NCBI GenBank assembly: GCA_043806035.1
Contig: JAZDHK010000023.1
Location: 1 to 64,000, forward strand
Reading direction: 5' to 3'
Length of the DNA: 64,000 nt
From: an archaeon
GTDB taxonomy: Archaea; Nanobdellota; Nanobdellia; Woesearchaeales; UBA9642
The translations under genes were made by a program, and so were the position numbers. This document shows, in pieces, positions 19,034-28,701 of this stretch (position 1 is the first letter of the stretch; every line of letters starts with the position of its first letter). A model generated the notes under the pieces. It saw only the letters and a program-made list of their open reading frames with translations, ran no database searches and was not told where the DNA came from.

Positions 19034-19369
19034 ATGCGAACCTGTCTCGCGTTAGGAATAGCGTCTCTTATCCTGGGCGGCTGTGCCTATCAGCCTCCAA
19101 TGACCGGGACGTACTTGGACATTGACATGCAGGACAGGATTTTGCAGATGGAAGCGCAGTCTGATTCGATGAATGCCGCGGATTCTCTGGAGTATTTTCT
19201 CCCTGACGCCCCTGAGGAGTATATGTTCTTCCTGCAGCCAGGCTATTATGTCTTTCCTTTGGATGAGGGTCAGAATAGGATACTCGAATATCCTGTTGAT
19301 ACTGGCCAGGATAGAATGCTCAACCCTTACGTTCCAGGCATGCCAGACACGATAAAAAGACGACTGTGA
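19034..19369 (+). CDS. Putative lipoprotein
   Basis: Short signal peptide ending in the lipobox LGGC. Confidence 0.6.
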   Translation: MRTCLALGIASLILGGCAYQPPMTGTYLDIDMQDRILQMEAQSDSMNAADSLEYFLPDAPEEYMFFLQPGYYVFPLDEGQNRILEYPVDTGQDRMLNPYVPGMPDTIKRRL

Positions 19370-19411
19370 CGAAACACAAAGATTTATTAATGGTTTCCTT
19401 CTTCTCAGCGC

Positions 19412-20044
19412 ATGGCATTCAAGAAAGGAGATTTCATAGAATTGGATTACACAGGCAGGCTGAAAGAGTCTGGCAAGGTCTTTGATACGACGCTGAAAGA
19501 GGTTGTGGAAAAGGAAGATCTTCCCAAGCAGGAAACGTACGAGCCTGCCATCATCATTCTTGGTGAGCATCAGCTCCTACCTGGACTGGAGGAATTCTTG
19601 GAAGGGAAGGAGCCAGGGACATATGCCGTCGAGCTAACGTCTGAGAAGGCGTTCGGGAAGAAGGACGCAAAGCTGCTCAGGCTCATTCCCATGAAGCTGT
19701 TCAAGAAGGAGAACATCTCTCCTTTTCCGGGGCTTGACGTCACGGTTGACAACAAGCACGGCATTATCAGGACGGTGAACGGCGGCAGGGTCATCGTCGA
19801 CTTCAACCATCCCTTATCAGGGCAGGATGTTGCCTACGATCTTGATGTCAAGCGCGTTGTCGATGACAAGAAGGAGCAGGTGCAGGCCGTGCTCAAGACC
19901 ATGGGACTTTCTGCAGACGTAACCTTGGAGGAGAACAAGGCAGTGATCACCCTCAAGCATGAGTTGACGAAGGAGCTTGAGGAACAGCTTGCTAAGCCCA
20001 TTGAGCGGCTTGCTGCAGTGCAGGTCGAGTTCAAGAAGCAATGA
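19412..20044 (+). CDS. slyD: FKBP-type peptidyl-prolyl isomerase (SlyD-like)
   Basis: LDYTG, VFDTT, PGLEE, AFG, VDFNHPLSG. Confidence 0.93.
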   Translation: MAFKKGDFIELDYTGRLKESGKVFDTTLKEVVEKEDLPKQETYEPAIIILGEHQLLPGLEEFLEGKEPGTYAVELTSEKAFGKKDAKLLRLIPMKLFKKENISPFPGLDVTVDNKHGIIRTVNGGRVIVDFNHPLSGQDVAYDLDVKRVVDDKKEQVQAVLKTMGLSADVTLEENKAVITLKHELTKELEEQLAKPIERLAAVQVEFKKQ

Positions 20045-20123
20045 GTTTTCATTCTCCCGTAACGAAACCTATATATACTCGTACGTTTATTCTCTGGACA
20101 GAGGTAAAAAACCGGGTGGCATT

Positions 20124-21227
20124 ATGGAGACAATCATCAAGACTGCTACTTCTCTTGTAAAACGAGAGCCTAGTCCGAGAAAGGTGAATCCAGCAGACAA
20201 GGAACTTGAAGAGCTCCTGCAGAACCAGCGGGCGACGATAAAAGTCATCGGCTGCGGCGGCGGCGGCAATAACACGATCAATAGGATCTCTGAAGTTGGT
20301 ATCGTCGGTGCCGAAACCATAGCGATTAATACGGATGCGCAGCACTTGCTCTACACGACAGCCGATAAGAAGATCCTTATCGGCAAGGAATTGACGAAAG
20401 GATTGGGTGCAGGCGGCATTCCCAAAGTTGGTGAGGAGGCTGCGCGAGAGAGTGAGCACGACTTACGGAATGCCTTGCAAGGAGCAGATATGGTCTTCAT
20501 CACCTGTGGTTTAGGAGGAGGGACGGGCACAGGCTCCGTTCCCGTCATCGCGGAAATTGCCAAAAAGACAGGTGCGCTTACTGTGGGAGTCGTTACCTTG
20601 CCGTTCAGCATGGAAGGAAAAAGAAGGATCGATAATGCGCTCATTGGCCTTGAAGGCCTGCAAAAGAATGTCGACACCATCATCGTCATCCCCAATGACA
20701 AGCTCATCTCTCTTGCTCCTGACCTGCCACTGCATACGGCATTCAAGGTCGCTGACGAAATCCTGACGAACAGCGTTAAGGGCATTGCAGAGTTGGTAAC
20801 GAAAGCAGGACTGGTCAATTTGGACTTTGCCGATATCAGAACAGTTATGGGCAATGGAGGCGTTGCGCTCATCGGTGTAGGTGAGAGCAATACGGAGAAC
20901 AGGGCGACAGAAGCGGTTGAACGCGCTATTCTGAATCCTTTGCTTGACGTCGACATTACTGGCGCGAACGGTGCACTGATCAACGTTGTCGGTGGTCCAG
21001 ACATGACTCTCAACGAGGCGAAGCTGGTTGTTGAGACAATCTGCAGGAAGCTCGACGAGGATGCTCGTATCATATGGGGGGCGCAATTGTCTGACGATCT
21101 CGAGGGGACAGTGCGCGTGATGCTCATCGTTACCGGAGTGCGCAGCAGTCAGATTCTTGGCAAGAAATCTCCCGAGGACAAGAAGGAAGCGTTCAAGGAC
21201 GAATTGGGCATTGAGTTCGTTGAATAG
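20124..21227 (+). CDS. ftsZ: Cell division protein FtsZ
   Basis: VIGCGGGGNN, INTD, GLGGGTGTG, NLDFAD. Confidence 0.98.
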   Translation: METIIKTATSLVKREPSPRKVNPADKELEELLQNQRATIKVIGCGGGGNNTINRISEVGIVGAETIAINTDAQHLLYTTADKKILIGKELTKGLGAGGIPKVGEEAARESEHDLRNALQGADMVFITCGLGGGTGTGSVPVIAEIAKKTGALTVGVVTLPFSMEGKRRIDNALIGLEGLQKNVDTIIVIPNDKLISLAPDLPLHTAFKVADEILTNSVKGIAELVTKAGLVNLDFADIRTVMGNGGVALIGVGESNTENRATEAVERAILNPLLDVDITGANGALINVVGGPDMTLNEAKLVVETICRKLDEDARIIWGAQLSDDLEGTVRVMLIVTGVRSSQILGKKSPEDKKEAFKDELGIEFVE

Positions 21228-21292
21228 TTGCAGCCATAGAAACCTTTATAAATCTCTCTTCTCAGGAATCACTATTCAAAGAGGTGTTGTTC

Positions 21293-21835
21293 ATGAAGCT
21301 CTCAGCTAAACGTTTGCATAAGAAGGGTTCTCTTGAATTGAGCGTGAATGCGATTGTTGTTCTGGTCATGGCCATTGCAGTCCTTGGCCTTGGCCTTGCG
21401 TTCATCAGAGGGCTTATCCAGAAAGGTCAGGAAAAATTCGATGTCATCATCACGGGAACTGAGCTGGAGAATCCTGCACGCGCGGACAAACCGCTTGTTG
21501 TTGATGCAGAATTGGCAGTGAAGAGAGGTAGCTTTGGAAAGATGGTCGGTAGCGTCTACAATGTGGATACTGCACCCATTAATGTTTCACCCGTCGGATA
21601 TTGTCCAAATGGAACCGTCAACAATTACAGCATAAACATAACTACTGGCAGCATGCTTCCCGTCCCTGATGGTCAGGCAATAGGATTCCGAGCAGGCATA
21701 GCTGTAGACAGTACCGTTCCGATAGGAACGTACACGTGCATCATGGACTTATTCAAGAACTGGACGGACCCATCAACTGGTCCTCAGGTGACGAAATTGT
21801 ACAGTGGTCAGTTCTTCATCTCGGTGAGGCAGTAG
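21293..21835 (+). CDS. Class III signal peptide (pilin-like) protein, duplicate copy A
   Basis: KKG|SLELSVNAIVVLV. GAGGTG SD. TATA TTTATAAA near 21245. Confidence 0.85.
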   Translation: MKLSAKRLHKKGSLELSVNAIVVLVMAIAVLGLGLAFIRGLIQKGQEKFDVIITGTELENPARADKPLVVDAELAVKRGSFGKMVGSVYNVDTAPINVSPVGYCPNGTVNNYSINITTGSMLPVPDGQAIGFRAGIAVDSTVPIGTYTCIMDLFKNWTDPSTGPQVTKLYSGQFFISVRQ

Positions 21836-21844
21836 GTGATTGTC

Positions 21845-22066
21845 ATGAAAAAGCATCTAACCAAACAGGAAGAATTTGAGATTATGAAGCTGGTCCTGGA
21901 CAAGTTTCTCTGGATAGGGGTCTTTATCCTTGGCTTGGGCTTTTACAAGCTTGTTGCGGGAACGGATAGCATCGCGTACGGCTTCCTCATCATGCTTGCC
22001 GGCGTTGTGGTCTTGCTGATATTCAGTATCGTTATCATCAAAGAGTATGAGTTCATTAAGAGTTAA
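21845..22066 (+). CDS. Small two-TM membrane protein, copy A
   Basis: EFEIMKLVLDKFLW, two TM helices, KEYE. Confidence 0.85.
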   Translation: MKKHLTKQEEFEIMKLVLDKFLWIGVFILGLGFYKLVAGTDSIAYGFLIMLAGVVVLLIFSIVIIKEYEFIKS

Positions 22067-22077
22067 GAGGTGTGTTC

Positions 22078-22608
22078 ATGAAATTTTCACCTAAGCGGGT
22101 ACGAAAGAAGGGTTCTCTTGAGTTGAGCGTGAATGCTATCGTTGTTCTGGTCATGGCAATAGCCGTGCTCGGTTTGGGATTGGCATTCATCAGAGGGCTT
22201 ATTCAGAAAGGCCAGGAAAAGTTCGACACTATCATCAGCGGCACAGAATTAGAGAATCCTGCACGAGCAGACCGTCCCTACATAGTGCAGACTGAGGTCG
22301 CCATCAAGAAAGGAGGCTTCGAGAAAATACTCGGTAGCGTTTACAATACGGGATCAGCGCCAATGACGGTAACGCCTTCATTTGAAGGCTGTATAGGTCT
22401 GGCAGACACAGATATAATGGTGACAACAGGTACTGACTTACCCGTTCCCGAAGGTCAAGCCATAGGATTCAGGGCTGGAGTCAATGTAGCAGCAGGCGTT
22501 ACTGCAGGACAGTACACGTGCATTTTCAACATCAACGACACGACGGACACGGCAACACCAGCAGTCCTCTACCAGACAGGGCAGTTCTTCGTGAACGTCA
22601 AGCAGTAG
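22078..22608 (+). CDS. Class III signal peptide (pilin-like) protein, duplicate copy B
   Basis: KKG|SLELSVNAIVVLV, paralog of 21293-21835. Confidence 0.85.
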   Translation: MKFSPKRVRKKGSLELSVNAIVVLVMAIAVLGLGLAFIRGLIQKGQEKFDTIISGTELENPARADRPYIVQTEVAIKKGGFEKILGSVYNTGSAPMTVTPSFEGCIGLADTDIMVTTGTDLPVPEGQAIGFRAGVNVAAGVTAGQYTCIFNINDTTDTATPAVLYQTGQFFVNVKQ

Positions 22609-22617
22609 GTGATTATC

Positions 22618-22839
22618 ATGAAAAAGCATCTAACCAAACAGGAAGAATTTGAGATTATGAAGCTGGTCTTGGACAAGTTCTTGTGGATTGGCGTGTTCAT
22701 TCTCGGCTTGGGCTTTTACAAGCTGGTTGCCGACACGGACAGCATTGCGTACGGCTTCCTCATCATGCTTGCCGGCATTGTCGTGCTCTTGATTTTCAGC
22801 ATCGTCATCATCAAAGAATACGAGTTCATCAAGAGTTAA
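22618..22839 (+). CDS. Small two-TM membrane protein, copy B
   Basis: Differs from copy A at only two residues from the ATG onward. Confidence 0.85.
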   Translation: MKKHLTKQEEFEIMKLVLDKFLWIGVFILGLGFYKLVADTDSIAYGFLIMLAGIVVLLIFSIVIIKEYEFIKS

Positions 22840-22896
22840 TTTTTTTTCTTTTCTAAATGATAAACATTATAAATGTAGTTCTCAGGTAGTATTTGC

Positions 22897-23427
22897 ATGA
22901 AAGGCTTCGAGCTCTCCGTCAACTTCCTCGTGGTGATTATTCTTGGCATCGCCGTGCTTGGCGGCGGCATCATGCTCATGTATAAAGTGTTCAATGCGAG
23001 CATGGACATCAGCACGAAGATCAGCGACCAGAACAGGGATGAGCTCAACTTGCTCATGAGCCAAGGCCAGCTCGTCGCCTGCCCCGTCTCCAAACAGGAA
23101 ATACAAAAAGGAAAGACAGCAATTCTTCCGTTGGGCATTCTCAATAAGATAGGAGTGCCTGCCGAATTCACCATCGTTGTCGATGAGAATATACCCAACG
23201 TTGATGGAGCCACTTTCGGAAGCATTACGGGAGCGCATACGTCCTTCATTTCCGGACCGTACATGCTCGAGCACAACAAAGACCAGACACTAGGCATAGG
23301 CATAGGGATAGACAGGACTGTTCCCAAAGGGACGTATCTGCTGGGAATTAACGTGACGTGCAACATATCTGCTGTCTGCACTCCCATCTACGATACGCCC
23401 AAGCGTGTGCAGATCGTCGTTACGTAA
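22897..23427 (+). CDS. Class III signal peptide (pilin-like) protein
   Basis: MKG|FELSVNFLVVIILG. Related to the duplicated pilins. Confidence 0.82.
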   Translation: MKGFELSVNFLVVIILGIAVLGGGIMLMYKVFNASMDISTKISDQNRDELNLLMSQGQLVACPVSKQEIQKGKTAILPLGILNKIGVPAEFTIVVDENIPNVDGATFGSITGAHTSFISGPYMLEHNKDQTLGIGIGIDRTVPKGTYLLGINVTCNISAVCTPIYDTPKRVQIVVT

Positions 23428-24067
23428 GAAGCCCTTCAATCGCAGCCTTCTGATCCTTAGCAAGAGTCACGCTACTTGCAAGAAGCACGCCTGCAGCGCC
23501 GAGCTTTGCCGCAATCCTGACATCCTCTGCGTTCTGGATGCCTGCTCCCACGAGAATCCTTCCTTTCATGCTTTCGCCGAGCAGCTCGACCGTTTTCGTT
23601 ATGACTTCTGGCTTTGCCTGGCTGACAGAAATCTTCCCCCCTATCAGTTCTGGAGGTTCGACGGCGATGAAATCAGGATTGTACTGAGCCAGCTCTTTTC
23701 CTTTCTCGGGCGTGTTCGCGCAAAGCAGCACTTTCAGCTTGAGTTCATGAGCTCGCGTTATTGTTTTTGCGATGGTCTCATCAGAAATTTGCTTTTCTGA
23801 ATGGTTCAACAACACGCCGGCAGCACCTGCTTCCTTCACCGCTTCCAATGTTATGGATCCCGTGCTTTTTCCCGGCAGTGAAAAATCAGCATGCTGCACG
23901 TACACGGGAATATGCACCGCTCTCGCTGTCTCTTTCAAGTCAATGGCGGGCACGCAGACCAAAAAATCAACGTGCTTTTCCTTGCCTACTTCTTCACAGA
24001 ATTTTGCAAGCGTGATGGCATTGCTACCGCTGCTCTCCTTGTACGTCTTGCAGTTGATGGCAATCAT
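23420..24067 (-). CDS. tpiA: Triosephosphate isomerase (archaeal type)
   Basis: INCKTY, LLNHSE, AVEPPELIG, VGAGI, GVLLAS. Confidence 0.96.
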   Translation of the reverse strand: MIAINCKTYKESSGSNAITLAKFCEEVGKEKHVDFLVCVPAIDLKETARAVHIPVYVQHADFSLPGKSTGSITLEAVKEAGAAGVLLNHSEKQISDETIAKTITRAHELKLKVLLCANTPEKGKELAQYNPDFIAVEPPELIGGKISVSQAKPEVITKTVELLGESMKGRILVGAGIQNAEDVRIAAKLGAAGVLLASSVTLAKDQKAAIEGLLT

Positions 24068-24321
24068 TTTTTCGTACCCGGTTGAAAACTCGGGTCAACA
24101 TTCCTGATAGGTTGCCTGGGCGCCTCTCCGAATGCTTTCCTCTCGCTCGGTGCAGGCCGTTCAGCATAGCCTTTCTTGTTCAGGCATTTCTTGCAATACT
24201 TCTTGCCGTTCGCTTCGAGGATGCAGTTATCGCAGATTGGTGTGCTGCACCAACTGCACAATGCCACGATGGGTTCCCGATGGATGAAACATTTTTGTTC
24301 TGGACTCGGCTTGAATACCAT
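24064..24321 (-). CDS. Small B-box-like zinc-finger protein
   Basis: CFIH..CSWC..ICDNC..YCKKC. ATGA overlap with tpiA. Confidence 0.75.
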   Translation of the reverse strand: MVFKPSPEQKCFIHREPIVALCSWCSTPICDNCILEANGKKYCKKCLNKKGYAERPAPSERKAFGEAPRQPIRNVDPSFQPGTKK

Positions 24322-24470
24322 ACTACCACCTTTGAAAGACATACTGCACAACGCCTTAAATATCTTTTCATTTTAGAGTAGTGCAAACAAACGTTATCGT
24401 GTGTTGCCTGCGCGTCTTCAGCGCAAGGTATTTAAAGAAAGCCGTCCGTGAGTGCAGAAAGAGGGACACG

Positions 24471-25103
24471 GTGTTGCTTTCATTCCAGGAATCATCCATG
24501 TTGCTGAACAAGTACAAGCTGCCATTGGTGCAAAGCACAGTCATCCAGGCACAGACGCCCTACACGTTCTCTTATCCAGTGGTGCTCAAGGCGTTCAGTC
24601 CCAGCATCGTCCACAAGACAGAAAAAGGAGCGGTTGTTCGTGACATCAGGAATGCCGCCGAGCTCGAGTCAGCACGCGTCATGATGAAGGCGCGCCTTGC
24701 AGGGAAGAATCCCACGTTTGTGGTGCAGCCGCAACTCACTGGCGTTGAGCTCATCTTGGGCATGAAGACCGACCCGCAGTTCGGAAAAGTAATCATTTTC
24801 GGCGTGGGAGGCATTCTTGTTGAGCTCTTCAAGGACGTCACGTTCAGGATTGCCCCGCTCAAGAGAAAAGATGCTCAGGACATGCTGCAGGGCATCAAGG
24901 CAAAGAAACTGCTCGACGGATTCAGGAACTTGCCTGCAGTGGACAAGCCAACCCTTGTCCGCCTGCTTATGAAACTGTCTGATCTCGTCATGCACGAAGA
25001 CATCGATGAGCTCGACCTCAATCCCGTCATCGCCTCAGGAAAAAACATATTCATCGTCGATGCGCGAATAATAGTATCTCTCTCCAAGCGAGGAAAACCA
25101 TGA
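24471..25103 (+). CDS. acdB: Acetate--CoA ligase (ADP-forming) beta subunit, ATP-grasp
   Basis: YPVVLK, HKTEKGAV, DPQFG, GVGGILVELFKDV, ELDLNP, VDAR. Confidence 0.9.
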   Translation: MLLSFQESSMLLNKYKLPLVQSTVIQAQTPYTFSYPVVLKAFSPSIVHKTEKGAVVRDIRNAAELESARVMMKARLAGKNPTFVVQPQLTGVELILGMKTDPQFGKVIIFGVGGILVELFKDVTFRIAPLKRKDAQDMLQGIKAKKLLDGFRNLPAVDKPTLVRLLMKLSDLVMHEDIDELDLNPVIASGKNIFIVDARIIVSLSKRGKP

Positions 25104-26458
25104 ATGCGCTCTTCACGCCAGAACACGTCGCTGTCATCGGGGCAAGCAGGGATCCCGAAAGCGTAGGCTACGGCATTCTCAAGAACCTTCTGGAAGGGGG
25201 AACACTTGAGCGTGCAACACCCTTCAACGGCAGCGTCTATCCTGTCAACCCGAACGCGCAGGAGATTCTCGGCAGGAAATGCTTTTCCAGCATCCTTGAC
25301 TTGAAAAAAGTGGACCTGGCCATCATCTGCGTTCCCGCACCGCTCGTCATGCAGGTCCTGCAGCAGGCAGCCCAGAAAAAAACCAAGGCAGCAATCATCA
25401 TCAGTGCAGGATTTGGAGAGACGGGCAAAGCGGGGCACAAGCAGGAAGAAGTGCTCGCTAGGCTTGCCGCAACGAAAGGCATGCTGCTCCTTGGCCCCAA
25501 TTGTCTCGGCATCATCAACACAAGCGCAAACTTGAATGCGAGTTTTGCCCCGGCCATGCCGCACAAAGGAAGCATAGCGCTTGTCAGCCAATCGGGAGCT
25601 CTGGTCGACAGCATTATTGATTGGAGTCTCTCCGCAAAATACGGATTCTCAAAAATCATCAGTTATGGCAATGCAGCAGGACAGTCTCTTCCAGACTTTC
25701 TTTCATACTTGGACAAGGATAAGGAGACAAAAGTGATAACGTGCTATGTCGAGGGTATCAGCGATGGTAAGAAGCTCATGGGCGTCCTTAGAGACATGCA
25801 CAAGCCCGTCGTCATGCTCAAGGCGGGCAAGACGGAAAAGGGCAGCAAGGCAGTCTCGAGTCACACGGGGAGCCTCGCCGGCAGTTACGATATTACGAAA
25901 GCGGCATTGCAGCAGGCTGGCGCGTATGTTGCCGAAACTCTCGAGGAAATGTTTGATGTCGCAAAATGCCTCACCATTCCAAAACTCAGAAAACCTGTAG
26001 CGATCATCACGAACGGCGGCGGTTGTGGCGTTCTTTGTGCAGATGCATGCGAACAACAAGGCATTCCTCTCGCAACGCTTTCCTCGTCAGTGCTGCGCAA
26101 ACTTGATGCTTCAAAAAAGATGCATCCCTCCTATTCTCGTGCGAATCCCCTGGACATTATCGGCGACGCTCGTTCTGAACGGTATGGTGCGGCACTCTCG
26201 GTGCTGCTTAGTGATGCGAGCATCGGTGGCGTCATTGTCATCCAGACCCTGCAGACGATGACGCAGACGCTCAAGGACGCAGAGCTCATGATTGCCGCAA
26301 AGAAATACAATAAACCCATCGTGGCGTGCTTCATGGGGGGAAAATACACGCAGGCAGCAATTGAACTTCTCGAGAAGAATGGCATTCCTAATTATTCTGA
26401 CCCATTCAGGGCGGCGCGGGCGATGGCGGCAATTCTCCTAAAGAACGCAATTCATTGA
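25100..26458 (+). CDS. acdA: Acetate--CoA ligase (ADP-forming) alpha subunit
   Basis: AVIGAS, LGPNCLG, SQSGAL, SHTGSLAG, TNGGG, NPLDIIGDA. Confidence 0.93.
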   Translation: MNALFTPEHVAVIGASRDPESVGYGILKNLLEGGTLERATPFNGSVYPVNPNAQEILGRKCFSSILDLKKVDLAIICVPAPLVMQVLQQAAQKKTKAAIIISAGFGETGKAGHKQEEVLARLAATKGMLLLGPNCLGIINTSANLNASFAPAMPHKGSIALVSQSGALVDSIIDWSLSAKYGFSKIISYGNAAGQSLPDFLSYLDKDKETKVITCYVEGISDGKKLMGVLRDMHKPVVMLKAGKTEKGSKAVSSHTGSLAGSYDITKAALQQAGAYVAETLEEMFDVAKCLTIPKLRKPVAIITNGGGCGVLCADACEQQGIPLATLSSSVLRKLDASKKMHPSYSRANPLDIIGDARSERYGAALSVLLSDASIGGVIVIQTLQTMTQTLKDAELMIAAKKYNKPIVACFMGGKYTQAAIELLEKNGIPNYSDPFRAARAMAAILLKNAIH

Positions 26459-26855
26459 ACAGTCTCTTCTCGTTTTCAAACATGATGATTGAGTCGAGTT
26501 CTTCAGGTGTCAAGAAGATATACGCTTCATTCTCCTCATTGAGCGTTATTTTTGTATCGTTCATCCTTGCAACGAAGATAGCCTTGTCCTGTCCATCATA
26601 GCCGAGCTCTTTAACGAATTTCTCTTCCCACACATACGTCAAGTTCTTTGATGCTTGATGCACGTCGGTGAAATCAGATTTCATTAACCCGAGTTCTTCA
26701 CGCATCTCTCTATAAAACGTGTCAAGCATTTTCTCGCCTGGCTCGCTGCCGCCGCCAGGCAGTGCGTACTGGTTTGCAGGATAGTGTTGCTTGCGCACGA
26801 GCAAGAGTGCTCTGCCCTTGAAGATCATGGCGCACGCGCCCTTGCGATAGTTCAT
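26406..26855 (-). CDS. NUDIX hydrolase
   Basis: Nudix box PGGGSEPGE..YREMREELGL. ATGA overlap with lgt. Confidence 0.88.
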   Translation of the reverse strand: MNYRKGACAMIFKGRALLLVRKQHYPANQYALPGGGSEPGEKMLDTFYREMREELGLMKSDFTDVHQASKNLTYVWEEKFVKELGYDGQDKAIFVARMNDTKITLNEENEAYIFLTPEELDSIIMFENEKRLFNELRSLGELPPSPAPP

Positions 26856-27634
26856 CCTATTTTCCTCAAGCGTGTCAGCATAATTGCAGCGACGATGACC
26901 ATGCCAATGCATGCATACTGCCCCATGCTGATGCCAAATAGCCGAGGGTCTTCTCTCCAGAAATTCTCGACGAACCTGAACAGGCCGTACAGCAGCCAGA
27001 ACAGCCAGAAGACGAATCCTGGCGTATGCAGAAAGGAGTGTTTTGACGCTGTTTTTTTCTTGTTGTGCACGAACAGCAGCGAGAAGAAGATGATGATAGT
27101 ATACGCTGCCTCATACAATTGCGACGGATGCCTGCACCCCTCCGCTCCTTGAAACTGGACACACCACGGAACATCAGTTATTGTCCCCCATAGTTCTCCG
27201 TTGATGAAGTTGGCTATCCTGCCGAGGAACAAGGCGAGCGCTGCGGGGATGACGAGCAGGTCTGCAAGATCGTAAAAGAAGATCTTTTTTTTCTTGCAAT
27301 ACCAATACGTGACGAGCGCTGCCCCGAGAAGCCCGCCGTGAAAGCTCAATCCCCCTTCCCAAATCCTGAATATGCCGACAGGATCGGTGAAGATGGCCGG
27401 CCAGTAGAAGAAGACATAATCAATGACTCTTGCCCCGACGACGACGCCAAGCACCAACCACATGATGTAATCATCAACGTCCTTGAGTTGCATGTGCTTA
27501 ATTTTTCCCTGCTTGACGAAATGCCGCAGCAGGAGATAGGCAAGAATAAAGCCGAGCGCGTAGATGATGCCATAATAGCGAATGCTCAACGGACCGATGC
27601 TGAACAGGACGGGATTGATGTTGTGGATGAACAT
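26852..27634 (-). CDS. lgt: Prolipoprotein diacylglyceryl transferase
   Basis: IRYYG, GAR, GGLSFHGG, GRIANFINGELWG, HPSQLYE, RFVENFWRE, MGQ. Confidence 0.93.
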   Translation of the reverse strand: MFIHNINPVLFSIGPLSIRYYGIIYALGFILAYLLLRHFVKQGKIKHMQLKDVDDYIMWLVLGVVVGARVIDYVFFYWPAIFTDPVGIFRIWEGGLSFHGGLLGAALVTYWYCKKKKIFFYDLADLLVIPAALALFLGRIANFINGELWGTITDVPWCVQFQGAEGCRHPSQLYEAAYTIIIFFSLLFVHNKKKTASKHSFLHTPGFVFWLFWLLYGLFRFVENFWREDPRLFGISMGQYACIGMVIVAAIMLTRLRKIG

Positions 27635-28701
27635 TATCGCTCCAGGATAAAATACCCTAATTCTTTCGTCGCCAGTACGAAGAGCGCGTGGCTGAGGATG
27701 TGCGCTTGTGCAGCGTGTTGATGCTTGTTCTCGAACAGTTGTTCGGGCAGGTATTCTTCAGCGTGATGCAGGACAAACTGGTAGTAGGGCGTTGCCTTCT
27801 TCCTCTCGCCAGTCTTTGCATGGTAGATGGCCATGAGGAAGTTGAGTGCTGGCCAACTTCCCCCTCCTTTCCGGACGTGCACATTCTGCAGCATCATGCC
27901 GTCGTACAGATCGTGCTCGAAGCGCTGTACTCCATTATTCTTAACGAGCGTAGATTCTAACGTGTTGACGAACTGCATGAGTCGCTTGTTCGGCAAGTGA
28001 TAGATGACCAGAGGGTAGATGATGAAGAGCAGGCTTGCATCGACATGCGCATCATGCACGTGCTTGCCATGGCTTCGTGTCAGCATCTCAGGAAAGTCGA
28101 GTTGCTTTTTCATCTGTTCAGCAATCCGCATGTACTTGTCGTGGTGCAGGAATTGGTGTGCGCACGAGAGCCCCCTGCAGCAAGCGGCCAGGCTGTACAA
28201 GAAATTCTCCTCGAATTGGGGGAAGCTGTGGAATTCTCCCCAGATGTCTTTTGCAAGGATGCTGAAATGCGTCTCTTTCCAATCTTCGCATAATGCATCG
28301 CTGAGCTTTCTCACAAGAGGTTTGATCTTTTCTGCGCGATGCGGGGTTTGTTTGTAGTGGTGCCAGATGGCGAACAGCAGCAGCCCCGCCTGGTCGGGCT
28401 GGTAGCCTTGGATGAGTCGTTTGCCTTCTGTCGAGTAGAGGGTGTGAATCCTTCCCGTCTTGCTGATGTCTGCGTTCTTCTTCAGGCACCACATGAAGAA
28501 TTTTTCGGGGATGTCATCGAAGCCGAGGACGTCCGCGGCGAGGCAGGCAAAACTGGCATCCCGGACGGAGACGGTGTGCTTGTTCTGTATGCATTTATGA
28601 TGCTGGAAGTCTTGATGTGCTGAAACAATAGCTCCGTTCTTGAGCGCGTTCTTTTTCAGCACGTGTCTTGTCTTGTGGAGGAGTTGGTTTATTGTGTCCA
28701 T
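27634..28701 (-). CDS. Glycoside hydrolase family 15-like (alpha/alpha)6 protein, possibly degenerate
   Basis: NGAIVSA, VRDA, QPDQ, DIWGE, VDASL, GVQRFEHDLY, LPEQ, LSHA. Confidence 0.8.
   Translation of the reverse strand: MDTINQLLHKTRHVLKKNALKNGAIVSAHQDFQHHKCIQNKHTVSVRDASFACLAADVLGFDDIPEKFFMWCLKKNADISKTGRIHTLYSTEGKRLIQGYQPDQAGLLLFAIWHHYKQTPHRAEKIKPLVRKLSDALCEDWKETHFSILAKDIWGEFHSFPQFEENFLYSLAACCRGLSCAHQFLHHDKYMRIAEQMKKQLDFPEMLTRSHGKHVHDAHVDASLLFIIYPLVIYHLPNKRLMQFVNTLESTLVKNNGVQRFEHDLYDGMMLQNVHVRKGGGSWPALNFLMAIYHAKTGERKKATPYYQFVLHHAEEYLPEQLFENKHQHAAQAHILSHALFVLATKELGYFILER

Larger units (their letters stand above)
21281..22839 (+). repeat. Tandem duplication of a ~780-bp two-gene unit
   Basis: 21281-22066 and 22067-22839 both start GAGGTG..TTCATGAA and end ATYAAGAGTTAA. 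Confidence 0.9.

Noticed and set aside
26406-26458. 53-bp convergent overlap of acdA and the NUDIX gene, and a ~50-bp overlap at 61053-61102
   Set aside because: Both proteins look complete. Short convergent overlaps recur throughout this compact genome, and there is no sign of a frameshift.
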